Shown here in pieces: positions 18,806 to 28,695 of a stretch of 64,000 bases of DNA. A program made the position numbers and the translations under genes. Location: the NCBI GenBank assembly GCA_029245795.1, contig JAQWOP010000014.1, positions 4,062-68,061 of the forward strand. Reading direction: 5' to 3'. Source of the DNA: Hyphomicrobiales bacterium. GTDB lineage: Bacteria; Pseudomonadota; Alphaproteobacteria; Rhizobiales; TMED25. How positions within the stretch are numbered: position 1 is the first letter of the stretch; every line of letters begins with the position of its first letter. The notes below the pieces were generated by a model, which did no database searches, was not told the DNA's origin, and saw only the letters and a list, made by a program, of their open reading frames with translations.

Positions 18806-20491
18806 TTATATGTATGCTAATGGAGCTAATGCATCCACATCTGTTACAACATCAAGAATCACGCATTTATTTAATGATATTGCTTTCTCAAGTGCAGATT
18901 TAAAATCTTTTGGATTCTCAACTCTAATACCTACTGCTCCCATATTTCTTGCAATTTCTGCAAAATTTACCTGATTAAATGTCCACATTTCTCTTGCTTT
19001 TTGAGTTTGCTCACCACCATAAACCCGATCAAAACCTCTTTTTGATTGATTTCCAGCTCCGTTGTTATTAACAACAATCACAGAATTAATTCCCCATCTA
19101 ACTGCTGTTTCAATCTCTGCTATGTGGTACCAAAAACCGGCATCTCCAGTAAAACAAATTACAGGCCGATCAGGTACGGCGCATTTAACACCGAGTGATG
19201 CAGGAAATGCCCAGCCTAAATGACCAGCTGAACGAATATAATTTTGATTAGATGATTTTAAGTCATACATTCCACCCATCCACATACCACCATGTCCTGT
19301 ATCAACAACAACAAATGAATTATCAGGCAAATTTAATGATAATTCATGGCATATTCTCTCAGGTCTAATTGGAATTGCATCAGATGTAAGGGCTGACCTA
19401 AATTCATCATACCAGTCTTTGCAATAACCCTGAATTTCATTTACCCATGGCAATCTTTTGGACACAGATGCAGAATCAGCATATTGAATCATTTCCTGAA
19501 GCGCCATTTTTGCATCTGCCATTATACCGACTTCAAGAGGATAGTTGCGTCCCAAAACTTCTGGATCAATATCAATATGAATAGCTTTTACCCCAATTTT
19601 TGGAATTGTCCAAAAATTAGTTACCATTCCTCCCAAATCAGTTCCTATAAAAATTGCTAAATCTGCAGCTAGAACCGACTTATTGGCAGAGGCTCTCGAA
19701 TATGTCCCCACAACCCCTACGTTTAGTGGGTTAGTTGCATCTATGACGTCCTTACCATTTAGTGATGTTGCTATGGGAATTTTAAGTTTTTTAGATAATT
19801 CATCTACTAACTCTCCAGCTTTAGACCAGCGCACACCTCCTCCGACAATTAATATTGGTTTTTCAGCATCATTTATTATAGACATTGCTTTTTTTATGGA
19901 GTTGGTCTCTGGTAATGGCCTATGGGGTGGAATACTTATTGCATTCTCATGAATATCTTTTGGGATTGCATCGTCAAAAATCTCCTGATCAACTTGACCT
20001 TCATTACCCTTAAATTGGAGATGGACAGGCCCAGGACATCCAGATACTGCAACTCTAAATGCCTGATTCAGCATATCTGGAAATCTATTAGCACTATCAA
20101 CCGTAGCATTGAACTTAGTTACTGGTTCAAATGCTGGCATATCATCAACCTCTTGATAGGCCTTTCTGAATTTAGTTGTTTGATCTCTTCCGCCTGTTAG
20201 AGCTACCACTGGAGACTTTGCAAGCCAGGCATCCCTTAACCCAGCAGCGAGATTTAATGCCCCAATGATTTGAGCTGCGCAAACACCTGGTTTACCAGAA
20301 GCTCTCGCATAACCATCAGCCATGTACACTGCCGATGCTTCACCATGAGCATGTATCCTTCTTACATTTGATATTGCTTCAAGCTCTACCATTGTTGTTC
20401 TCAAAACAGCTGGGACATGAAAAATATCTGTAACTCCATATTCAACTAGCATTTTTGCGAGAACTTTCGCACCTGTTAATTCATTACTCAT
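18806..20491 (-). CDS. Thiamine-diphosphate-binding enzyme (acetolactate synthase large subunit-like)
   Basis: N-terminal Pyr domain (GAKVLAKMLVEYGV..., HGEASAVYMADGYAR) and a C-terminal GDAGF...NNNG ThDP motif. 561 aa. Confidence 0.9.
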   Translation of the reverse strand: MSNELTGAKVLAKMLVEYGVTDIFHVPAVLRTTMVELEAISNVRRIHAHGEASAVYMADGYARASGKPGVCAAQIIGALNLAAGLRDAWLAKSPVVALTGGRDQTTKFRKAYQEVDDMPAFEPVTKFNATVDSANRFPDMLNQAFRVAVSGCPGPVHLQFKGNEGQVDQEIFDDAIPKDIHENAISIPPHRPLPETNSIKKAMSIINDAEKPILIVGGGVRWSKAGELVDELSKKLKIPIATSLNGKDVIDATNPLNVGVVGTYSRASANKSVLAADLAIFIGTDLGGMVTNFWTIPKIGVKAIHIDIDPEVLGRNYPLEVGIMADAKMALQEMIQYADSASVSKRLPWVNEIQGYCKDWYDEFRSALTSDAIPIRPERICHELSLNLPDNSFVVVDTGHGGMWMGGMYDLKSSNQNYIRSAGHLGWAFPASLGVKCAVPDRPVICFTGDAGFWYHIAEIETAVRWGINSVIVVNNNGAGNQSKRGFDRVYGGEQTQKAREMWTFNQVNFAEIARNMGAVGIRVENPKDFKSALEKAISLNKCVILDVVTDVDALAPLAYI

Positions 20492-20516
20492 AGTTTATAC
20501 CTCAAAATTTTCTATA

Positions 20517-21488
20517 TTATTTTATTGCAAGGGGATTAATTGGCGTACCAACTGCACCCGTAATTGGAATGGATGGTGCAACAAATAAAAATTCATAAGT
20601 ATTATCCGCCGCACAATCTTCAGCAAGCTCCTTTAGGTTGAACATTTCACCCATTGTCATTCCTTGTATAGGAATTGTAATCCAATGCCATGGTTGATTA
20701 ATTCCCTCTTCGCTTTGATTAGGTCTAACTTCACAACCCCAAGTATCACTAGCTAAAGCAGCTAACTCCGTTCTCTGAACCCAATCTATTGTATCAAAAC
20801 CCATTCCTGGAGCATCTCCTCCCGGGAATCCATCCCAAGAACCTCTTGTTAGACAATCCTCCATCTGCCCGGTTCTAACTATAACAAAATCACCTTTTTG
20901 TATTTTCACTCCTTGTTTTTTAACAGTAAAATCAAGATCTTCACAAGTAATGGCATAGCCATCATCAAGAGGATCTTTCCCCAATGCACGCGCAACATCT
21001 AATAAGACACCTCGACCAACCATCTTATCTCTTGTTTTTTCAATTCCACATTTTTGAGCACCTGCGGAGGTGACTTCTCTACAATCATAGCCGTTCCACA
21101 TTTTATCTTCATAAAATATGTGACCTAACCCGTCCCAATGAGTACAGCCATGCGTTGGTAGCATTACCATATCATCTGCTGCTCTGATACCACGCTTATC
21201 CAGAACACCCGAGTAGGCGTCCGTACCCGTTCTTAACATAGAATGAATAGGATTAGTCCTACCCATTGCTGGATATTTAGTTTTTGCACCTTGTGGACCC
21301 TTATTATCAAAGTTAAGAGCAAGTGATATCACCTTTCCTTTTTTAACGAGTTGAACTGCATTGATAATATCTTCGGCTGTCACATTATTAAGAGTTCCAA
21401 TTTCATCATCGGGTCCCCATTTGCCCCAATTCTTATATTTTTCTGCAGCTTCTGTTATATCAGCTCGGGTAATTTTCTTTTCTGTCAT
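20517..21488 (-). CDS. Cyclase-family protein (kynurenine formamidase / isatin hydrolase-like)
   Basis: HGCTHWDGLGH matches the HxGTHxDxPxH-like metal motif of the putative-cyclase family. 323 aa. Confidence 0.8.
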   Translation of the reverse strand: MTEKKITRADITEAAEKYKNWGKWGPDDEIGTLNNVTAEDIINAVQLVKKGKVISLALNFDNKGPQGAKTKYPAMGRTNPIHSMLRTGTDAYSGVLDKRGIRAADDMVMLPTHGCTHWDGLGHIFYEDKMWNGYDCREVTSAGAQKCGIEKTRDKMVGRGVLLDVARALGKDPLDDGYAITCEDLDFTVKKQGVKIQKGDFVIVRTGQMEDCLTRGSWDGFPGGDAPGMGFDTIDWVQRTELAALASDTWGCEVRPNQSEEGINQPWHWITIPIQGMTMGEMFNLKELAEDCAADNTYEFLFVAPSIPITGAVGTPINPLAIK

Positions 21489-21513
21489 ATTAATCTTCCT
21501 TTAGTTTTTACTG

Positions 21514-22578
21514 TTAATTCAATTTCATTCTTAACCAGTCCGCTGACTGAGTTCGGTACCTGTATATTCTATTATTTGCAACATGCGTTCCATCTTCGAT
21601 CATGTTAAACACGACTTCTCCATTAACAGAATCTACAAGTAATTTCGATTCTTCCGGCGGGACCACTCTATCTAGCCCTCCACCCACAATATAAATTGGA
21701 CATTTAATATTTCTTGCACAGTTTGTAAGATCCATTCTGCTTGCAAATTCTCTTGCTTCTTCCTCAGAATTACACTTACTTCTATATATAAAAGCCTCTT
21801 TAGTAAGACCTGGTATTCTATCAAAAATATTATTCCAATTAAATGGTCCTGTTAGAGATATACAAGCTATTATCCTATCATCAAAAGCCGCAGCTCTTGG
21901 GGCATAGTATCCTCCAAGACTAACTCCCCAAACACCAATTTTTTTTGAACTTAAGTCATCACGTTTTTCTATGTAATCTATGACTGCTGATACAGGACCT
22001 TCATATTCTGGGCAAATTGGCGCGTCATATTCTCCCTCTCCCTGGCCTGGGCCATCAAATGCTAGTGTAGCAATTCCTCTTTCGAGGAAAACTCTCTCAT
22101 TTGTTTCCATTTCTTCTTTGGCAGAATCTAAACCCATACACATGATGACAACAGGTGGATTTATTATATTATTTGGCTTTCTTAAATTCCCATACATATC
22201 TAGATTATTCCAATTTATTTTTATTCTCTCACCTATTGGATTACTTAATTGCATTGATTTTTGATGATACTTCACCGCCATAGTATGCGCTCGTTTCATT
22301 TCATCTGGTTTTTGAACAAATAAGAACTTACCATAATGATAACAAACTGCAGCAGTGTTATAATGCTCTGCAGCACTTAAATTAAAATTATTTTTTTTTG
22401 CATCATCACCTAATAACGCATGCATTTTCCCCTTGTTTTCCCATGCCATACACCAATCATCCCATTTATTGACAATTGCTGCGACGTCATTAAAATCAGC
22501 AAGCGGTATTCCATTTGAAACAAATCTGTGCGCCCAATGTGCAACTGCCATCTGTACTTTTGTATCTTTACTTTCCAT
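21514..22578 (-). CDS. Alpha/beta hydrolase (FrsA / 2,6-dihydroxypseudooxynicotine hydrolase-like)
   Basis: GVWGVSLGGYY nucleophile elbow (GxSxG), C-terminal ...DGTHV, and an N-terminal helical cap domain. Confidence 0.75.
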   Translation of the reverse strand: MESKDTKVQMAVAHWAHRFVSNGIPLADFNDVAAIVNKWDDWCMAWENKGKMHALLGDDAKKNNFNLSAAEHYNTAAVCYHYGKFLFVQKPDEMKRAHTMAVKYHQKSMQLSNPIGERIKINWNNLDMYGNLRKPNNIINPPVVIMCMGLDSAKEEMETNERVFLERGIATLAFDGPGQGEGEYDAPICPEYEGPVSAVIDYIEKRDDLSSKKIGVWGVSLGGYYAPRAAAFDDRIIACISLTGPFNWNNIFDRIPGLTKEAFIYRSKCNSEEEAREFASRMDLTNCARNIKCPIYIVGGGLDRVVPPEESKLLVDSVNGEVVFNMIEDGTHVANNRIYRYRTQSADWLRMKLN

Positions 22579-22651
22579 ATCAAATACCTTACCAATGCTT
22601 AATATAAGTTTATATTTAAATCTATTATATTACAGAGGGCAATAGGAAAAA

Positions 22652-23611
22652 ATGTATAAAATAATAGTCGGTGGACAAATTCATAACAGCGGAATTGAAT
22701 TATTGAAGAGTATTAACAATTTTAATGTGAATATACTTTCTGATGCTAGCCAAGAAACACTAGAAAATAATATACAAGATGCTGATGCTATATTATTACG
22801 TCTGCAATCTTTTTCAAAATCAATGATTGATAAGTGCCCAAAATTAAAGATCTTATCTCGTAATGGTGTTGGTTATGACCGTATTGATATTCAAGAATTA
22901 ACGAAAAGAAGAATACCCTTAACAATTGTTGGTGATGTTAATTCATCTAGCGTAGCGGAACATACAATCATGCTTATTCTTAATTTATTAAAGAATACAA
23001 AAAAACATGATGAAATGGTTAGAAGTGACAATTGGAAGGATAGAGATTTATTAATCTCGAATGATTTTGAAGATAAAAGATTATTAATTGTTGGATTCGG
23101 ACGAATAGGCCAAAAAGTTGCAAGGATAGCAGATTCATTTGGTGCAAAAATCTCAGTATTTGATCCGTTTATTAGCAATAAAAATACTTTCCCACTGCAT
23201 TACCAACTTATTGACACATTAGATTTTGGTCTGAAACAAGCAGATATAATAACTCTTCATGCTCCAGGAACAACTAAACCAATTATAAGTGAAAGAGAGA
23301 TAAGCCTAATGAATAAAGACGCTATTATTATCAATACTTCAAGAGGTTCTCATATAGACCTTGATGCGCTAGGTCGTGCACTCCTCGAAAATAACATCAA
23401 GGCAGCTGGTTTAGATGTTTATCCAGAAGAACCACCAATCATTGAAGAACATAAGATCTTCAAAATTAAGAATGCTATATTTTCTCCCCATATAGCTGGG
23501 TTAAGCAATGACTGTGCATCTAGAATGGCTTTGAATTCTGCTCAAAATATAATTGACGCTCTCAACGGTAAATTGAAACATGATTTTGTCATAAACAAAG
23601 AGGTATTATAA
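22652..23611 (+). CDS. D-isomer-specific 2-hydroxyacid dehydrogenase (PGDH/GyaR-like)
   Basis: VGFGRIGQKVA NAD motif, INTSRG, and SPHIAG with the catalytic His. Confidence 0.88.
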   Translation: MYKIIVGGQIHNSGIELLKSINNFNVNILSDASQETLENNIQDADAILLRLQSFSKSMIDKCPKLKILSRNGVGYDRIDIQELTKRRIPLTIVGDVNSSSVAEHTIMLILNLLKNTKKHDEMVRSDNWKDRDLLISNDFEDKRLLIVGFGRIGQKVARIADSFGAKISVFDPFISNKNTFPLHYQLIDTLDFGLKQADIITLHAPGTTKPIISEREISLMNKDAIIINTSRGSHIDLDALGRALLENNIKAAGLDVYPEEPPIIEEHKIFKIKNAIFSPHIAGLSNDCASRMALNSAQNIIDALNGKLKHDFVINKEVL

Positions 23612-23621
23612 TATCTAGATA

Positions 23622-24392
23622 TTACTTCTTGGAGAGATGTGGATATACTTCCGATAACAATGAGCCCTTGCAATAAGTTTGCTCATATATATCTGAAGTT
23701 TGAATTACATCAAACCAATCACAAACTCTCTTTTTAGTTTCCCATAGATCAGGTCTCCCAAGATCTTGCATTCTAACTATAATAGGCATTATACATATAT
23801 CTGCATAGCTTATATTTTCTCCTAATAAATAAGGTCCCCTTGATTCCTTAAGCCAATTTTCCATTCGATCAGCTGTAGATTTTATCTTCGAGGTAGACTC
23901 ATTCATATCTTTATCAGAGAAACCCGTTCTTCCCATTTTTAGTAGGAATTCTTTCCGAAGTGGCTTTGATTCAGCAACGGCTAAAAATTCTTGCTCAGAC
24001 ATACTTTGAAAGTGAGGCAAGAAGGCCATATTATATGATGGAATTCTTACTGATGGCCCTGCAACTTCATCAAAATATCTAATCATTGCTCTCATATTTG
24101 CGCATTCCTCAGGTTTCCTGGGTCTCAATGGATTTAAATCTTGATCTATATCTTCTAAATATTCAATTATAACTGAGCTATCAATAATTATTTTTCCATT
24201 ATGATCAATTGCGGGGACTACCCCATTAGGATTTATTGCAAGATATTCCGGCTTTAGTTGATCACCTGAAAATAAATCAAGTATTTCCATACTAAAATCT
24301 AAATCTTTATAGTGGAGCGTGTATCTAACACGCTGGCTACAAGTAGATTGTAGAGCATTATATAATTTAAAATTTCCTAAATTTGAATTCAT
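23622..24392 (-). CDS. Glutathione S-transferase family protein
   Basis: The thioredoxin-like N-domain includes NPNGVVPAIDHNGKIIIDSSVIIEYL, followed by a helical C-domain. Confidence 0.8.
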   Translation of the reverse strand: MNSNLGNFKLYNALQSTCSQRVRYTLHYKDLDFSMEILDLFSGDQLKPEYLAINPNGVVPAIDHNGKIIIDSSVIIEYLEDIDQDLNPLRPRKPEECANMRAMIRYFDEVAGPSVRIPSYNMAFLPHFQSMSEQEFLAVAESKPLRKEFLLKMGRTGFSDKDMNESTSKIKSTADRMENWLKESRGPYLLGENISYADICIMPIIVRMQDLGRPDLWETKKRVCDWFDVIQTSDIYEQTYCKGSLLSEVYPHLSKK

Positions 24393-24402
24393 CTATATCT
24401 TT

Positions 24403-25602
24403 CTATTTATTATATAGGTCAAGTCCATACATTAGATTTGCAGCTTTTAAAAATAATGTTCTATTAACACCATCCGAGTGCAACCATCCAGCAGCATCTC
24501 TTAGTAACTTTTCTACACCAAATTCTTTCATATACGCATGCCCACCATGAATCTCCATTGTCCATGTTGCAATCTTCCAAACAGCCTGACTGGCCATTGC
24601 TTTAGGAAGGGCACCTAATGTCCAATCCCATCCTTGATCCTGATTATCTGCTAAATAACAGGCTCTATGAGTGTATGATCTTGAGGCATCTAATAGCATC
24701 CTCATTTCACCAAGTTGGGCTCTTATTCCATCGTGTTCTATAAGCGGTCTTCCCCCTTGGACTCTAATCTTAGCCCATTGTTCTGCTTTCTCAAATAGCG
24801 CTTCACCTACACCAAGACAGCTTGCTGCAGCAAATGAATTACTTGAGGGGAAAAATTTTTGCAATAATTGGAAACCCTTCCCTAACTCTCCAACTATATT
24901 TTCATTTGGAATAAAACAGTCTTGAAATATTAACTCTGCATTATTTGCCAAGCTTTCACCCATTTTGTCATGCACACGTCCAATTGTAAAACCATCACGT
25001 CCCCTTTCAAGTAAGAAACAAGTGGTACCTTCAAGCATAGGCTTACCTTTTTCGGTTTGAACAAATAATAGATAGAAGCTTGCTCTGTTTCCATTAGAAA
25101 TAAAATGTTTCATTCCATTAATAACAAATCCGCCATCAACTTTTTCAGCAAATGTTCTAAAAGGAGTTGGGTAAGGAAGAAAATAATTAGAAGCATTATC
25201 TGGTTCTGTAATACCAATAGCTAAGACCGCTTCCGGATCTTCTGTAAAAGGTATAAGAGCTCTCTTTGCCTGATCTTCATTAAGAGCTTTTTCCATAATT
25301 GTAGCAAGTTTCATAGTTTGTGCCAATGTTACAGAAACTCCAACATCCCCTATTGCAAGTTCTTCTACAACCATTGCTGTTGTAAGAGAGTCTGCGCTTA
25401 GTCCACCATACTTTTCTGACAAAGTCATTGTTCTTAACCCAAGGTCATTAGCTGCTTTAACAATTTCTCCACAGTATCGTTTAGCCGGAGTATCCAAAGC
25501 GTCTAGCTCAGCAGATCTTGGTTTCACAACATCATCGACAAATTTTTTCACACTTTCTAATATAGCTTTCTGTTCTTCAGTCTGGATAAACATATCGTGC
25601 AT
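24403..25602 (-). CDS. Acyl-CoA dehydrogenase family protein
   Basis: GITEPDNASN, KHFISNG, and the C-terminal IHGGHAYMKEFGVEKLLRDA pattern. Confidence 0.9.
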   Translation of the reverse strand: MHDMFIQTEEQKAILESVKKFVDDVVKPRSAELDALDTPAKRYCGEIVKAANDLGLRTMTLSEKYGGLSADSLTTAMVVEELAIGDVGVSVTLAQTMKLATIMEKALNEDQAKRALIPFTEDPEAVLAIGITEPDNASNYFLPYPTPFRTFAEKVDGGFVINGMKHFISNGNRASFYLLFVQTEKGKPMLEGTTCFLLERGRDGFTIGRVHDKMGESLANNAELIFQDCFIPNENIVGELGKGFQLLQKFFPSSNSFAAASCLGVGEALFEKAEQWAKIRVQGGRPLIEHDGIRAQLGEMRMLLDASRSYTHRACYLADNQDQGWDWTLGALPKAMASQAVWKIATWTMEIHGGHAYMKEFGVEKLLRDAAGWLHSDGVNRTLFLKAANLMYGLDLYNK

Positions 25603-25643
25603 GGCTTCATTTCCTTTAATATTAAAATAATATTATTTACTCC

Positions 25644-25659
25644 TATATATATATATATA
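25644..25659. repeat. (TA)8 dinucleotide repeat in a divergent intergenic region
   Basis: tatatatatatatata read directly, between the acyl-CoA dehydrogenase (-) and the ABC binding protein (+). Confidence 0.9.
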
Positions 25660-25819
25660 ATTGATTAATAGAAAACAATGATTTATGTGAGTATAAATAA
25701 GATTTATTACTAAAAATAAATTTGACATGTAGTTAAAAAATGTTATTCATAATTTTTAGGGTAATATTTTCAAAAATATCATTATTATTAACTTTTCTTT
25801 GCATATAGGGGGCGTTAAA

Positions 25820-26890
25820 TTGAATAATAAATATCAAATTACAAGAAGAAATTTCTTAACCGGAACATCAGCTGTAGCTTTTGGAATAACCCTCAATCCA
25901 TTCAAAATAAATGCGAATTCATTGAATGATCTTAACTTTTATAATTGGGATGATTATATTGGTGAAAATACTTTATCTAACTTTGCTGATCAAACAGGAA
26001 TAACAACAAAAATGGATTTTTTTGCTGATAATGATGAATTATTTTCAAAGTTAAGAGAAGGAAACCCTGGTTATGACATCATTGTTCCTTCAGATATTTA
26101 TGTGGAAAAGATGATTAAGGCAAATATGTTGGATAGAATTGATCATGAAAAAATATCCAATATGAACAACATTGATAAGAACTTCTTAAATCCTGTCTTT
26201 GATCCAAATAGAGGCTACTCAATTCCATATATGTGGGGAACTGTTGGTATTGGCTATAATATGTCAAGAGTTGAAGAAAGACCTAATTCTTGGTCATATC
26301 TATATCAATCTGGTAAGTACTCAACAAATATTTCTTTATTGTCAGAAGCAACTACAGTTATTGCAATTGGTTTGAAATACCTTGGTCACTCTCTAAATTC
26401 TATGAATATTAGAGACTATAAGGAAGTTGAAGAGTTATTAATTGAGCAAAAAAAACATATAAAAGTCTTTGCGGAAGATAATGGGCAGGATCTGCTTGCT
26501 TCAGGAGATGTCGTTCTAGCTCAAGAATTCAATGGAGATATTGCACAGCTAATGTTAGAAGATAAAGATATAAGTTATGTTGTGCCAAAAGAAGGTAGTA
26601 TTATATGGGAAGATTGTCTCTGCATTCCCAAAAATGCCCCTCATAAAGAGAATGCGCATAGATTTATCAATTACCTACTTGGTGCTGAAACTGGCGCGGA
26701 TTTAGCGGATTATATCCAATATGCCACTCCAAATAAAGCAGCTAAGGATCTGATGGGGAAAGATTACACGAATAACCCGGCAATCTTTCCAACAAATAAA
26801 ATTGTCAAAGTTTGTGAAAATCAAATATATCTTGGAGAAGAGATAGGACAAGTTATTCAAGACACTTGGACTCGTATTCTCGCATCGTAG
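25820..26890 (+). CDS. Polyamine-type (PotD/PotF family) ABC transporter substrate-binding protein with a twin-arginine-like signal
   Basis: PotD/F-like core (YNWDDYI, IVPSDIYV, YMWGTVGIGYN). I prefer the TTG at 25820, preceded by AGGGGG 7 nt upstream, giving MNNKYQITRRNFLTGTSAVAFG. The track start is the TTG at 25799. Confidence 0.85.
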   Translation: MNNKYQITRRNFLTGTSAVAFGITLNPFKINANSLNDLNFYNWDDYIGENTLSNFADQTGITTKMDFFADNDELFSKLREGNPGYDIIVPSDIYVEKMIKANMLDRIDHEKISNMNNIDKNFLNPVFDPNRGYSIPYMWGTVGIGYNMSRVEERPNSWSYLYQSGKYSTNISLLSEATTVIAIGLKYLGHSLNSMNIRDYKEVEELLIEQKKHIKVFAEDNGQDLLASGDVVLAQEFNGDIAQLMLEDKDISYVVPKEGSIIWEDCLCIPKNAPHKENAHRFINYLLGAETGADLADYIQYATPNKAAKDLMGKDYTNNPAIFPTNKIVKVCENQIYLGEEIGQVIQDTWTRILAS

Positions 26891-26927
26891 ATAGATAGTT
26901 TTATGGTATCAAGAGAAAGTAAAAATT

Positions 26928-27869
26928 ATGGCTAATGCTTGGGGTCTGAAGAATAAGCTCTTCATTCTCCTACTTATCCCTGGACTTGCCTGGTTATTAT
27001 GCTTCTTCATATTTCCAATTATTATTGTTTTTTCAATGAGCTTCGGTCAGAAAGTAGACATTATTGGAATTGATTATAATTGGAGTCTTCACAATTACTT
27101 TCGTGCCTTTAATGGGGTTTATTTTTTTACATTGTTTAAATCTATCATTATCAGCTCAATAACAACTTTTATATGTTTGATTGTGGCAATCCCAGTAGCA
27201 CTTTATATAAGCTTCTCATCAACAAGAATAAAATCAATTTTATTGATATCTATTATGCTTCCTCTCTGGACAAATTTACTGATAAGAACTTATTCACTAA
27301 TTGCTATATTAAGAACAAAAGGACATATCAATTCTTCTCTTGAATATCTTTGGGAGGCATCAAATCGTGCTCTTAATTTTTTAAATTTGGCTAATTATAA
27401 TATATTTAATAATAACTTTATTCCTCTTGATCTAATGTATAATAACTTTGCAATTATACTTGGGTTATTTTATATTTATGTTCCATTTATGATCATACCA
27501 ATTTATTTAGTTCTTGAAAGATTTGATAGAAATTTATTAGAGGCAAGTTATGATTTAGGGGCAAATCATTTTCAAACATTTTTTAAAGTCATCATGCCGA
27601 TTATAATTCCTGGAATCATTTCCGGAATTATCTTAGTTTTTATACCGTGTCTTGGCTCCTTTATTATTCCAGACTTACTAGGTGGAGCAGATTCACAAAT
27701 GATCGGAAATATAATTGAGAGACAATTCAAGTCAGCAAATGATTGGCCTTTTGGATCAGCGCTTTCATTTATATTAATATATATGACAATTATTGTTATC
27801 TCAGTGAGATATATATACTCAAAATTATATTCAAAATTTTATATAAGGGGTATGTATGAAAAATATTAA
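26928..27869 (+). CDS. ABC transporter permease (PotB/PotH-like)
   Basis: Six TM segments and an EAA-like loop LLEASYDLGANHFQTFFKVIMP. Confidence 0.88.
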   Translation: MANAWGLKNKLFILLLIPGLAWLLCFFIFPIIIVFSMSFGQKVDIIGIDYNWSLHNYFRAFNGVYFFTLFKSIIISSITTFICLIVAIPVALYISFSSTRIKSILLISIMLPLWTNLLIRTYSLIAILRTKGHINSSLEYLWEASNRALNFLNLANYNIFNNNFIPLDLMYNNFAIILGLFYIYVPFMIIPIYLVLERFDRNLLEASYDLGANHFQTFFKVIMPIIIPGIISGIILVFIPCLGSFIIPDLLGGADSQMIGNIIERQFKSANDWPFGSALSFILIYMTIIVISVRYIYSKLYSKFYIRGMYEKY

Positions 27870-28695
27870 ATTACTTCATAGCCCAATTGACTATACTAGA
27901 AATAAGTACTTAAAGATCATATCCTATGCCTTTTTAATAATTCTTTATCTACCAATTCTCAATCTTGTTATTTTTAGCTTTAATGACTCAAAAAGGAATA
28001 TCGTATGGAGAGGTTTTACATCAAAATACTATGAAAAAGTTTTTGATAATCAGATATTATTTGATGCTTTTTCAAATTCTTTAACAATTGCATCTTTATC
28101 TACCATAATATCAACTATTTTAGGATTAAGTACAGCTATCTGCTTATGGAAATTTAATTTTTATTTAAAAAAATATTATGATTTAGCTCTACTTTTTCCA
28201 ATAATTATTCCTGAAATATGCATGGGAGTATCAATGTTAGCATTCTTTAATTTTATAAATTGGCCTAGTTTTGAAATATGGCCCTTATCTTTATCAACTA
28301 TTATTATTGCTCATGTGTCATTCATATTCCCAATCATTGCAATCATTATAAGATCAAGGCTTTCTATTCTAAATAACGAGATACTAGAGGCTGGAATTGA
28401 TTTGGGAGCAAGTAATTTTCAAGTAATTAAACTAATTGTCTTGCCTTTCCTCAAACCTGCAATAATAGCCTCCTTTTTACTAGCATTCACATTATCACTA
28501 GATGATTTCGTTGTTACGTTCTTCACATCAGGACCAAATAGCGTTACTTTACCTGTTAAAATATATTCAATGGTTAGATTTGGTATTACGCCTGAAATAA
28601 ATGCTGTCTCTACTATATTGATACTTATTATTATCATTTCGACTTATTTTGTGATTAAATTTTTAACTAAAAATAATAGAGCATTAACAAAATGA
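27856..28695 (+). CDS. ABC transporter permease (PotC/PotI-like)
   Basis: EAA-like loop ILEAGIDLGASNFQVIKLIVLP. It overlaps the upstream permease by 14 nt. Confidence 0.88.
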   Translation: MKNIKLLHSPIDYTRNKYLKIISYAFLIILYLPILNLVIFSFNDSKRNIVWRGFTSKYYEKVFDNQILFDAFSNSLTIASLSTIISTILGLSTAICLWKFNFYLKKYYDLALLFPIIIPEICMGVSMLAFFNFINWPSFEIWPLSLSTIIIAHVSFIFPIIAIIIRSRLSILNNEILEAGIDLGASNFQVIKLIVLPFLKPAIIASFLLAFTLSLDDFVVTFFTSGPNSVTLPVKIYSMVRFGITPEINAVSTILILIIIISTYFVIKFLTKNNRALTK

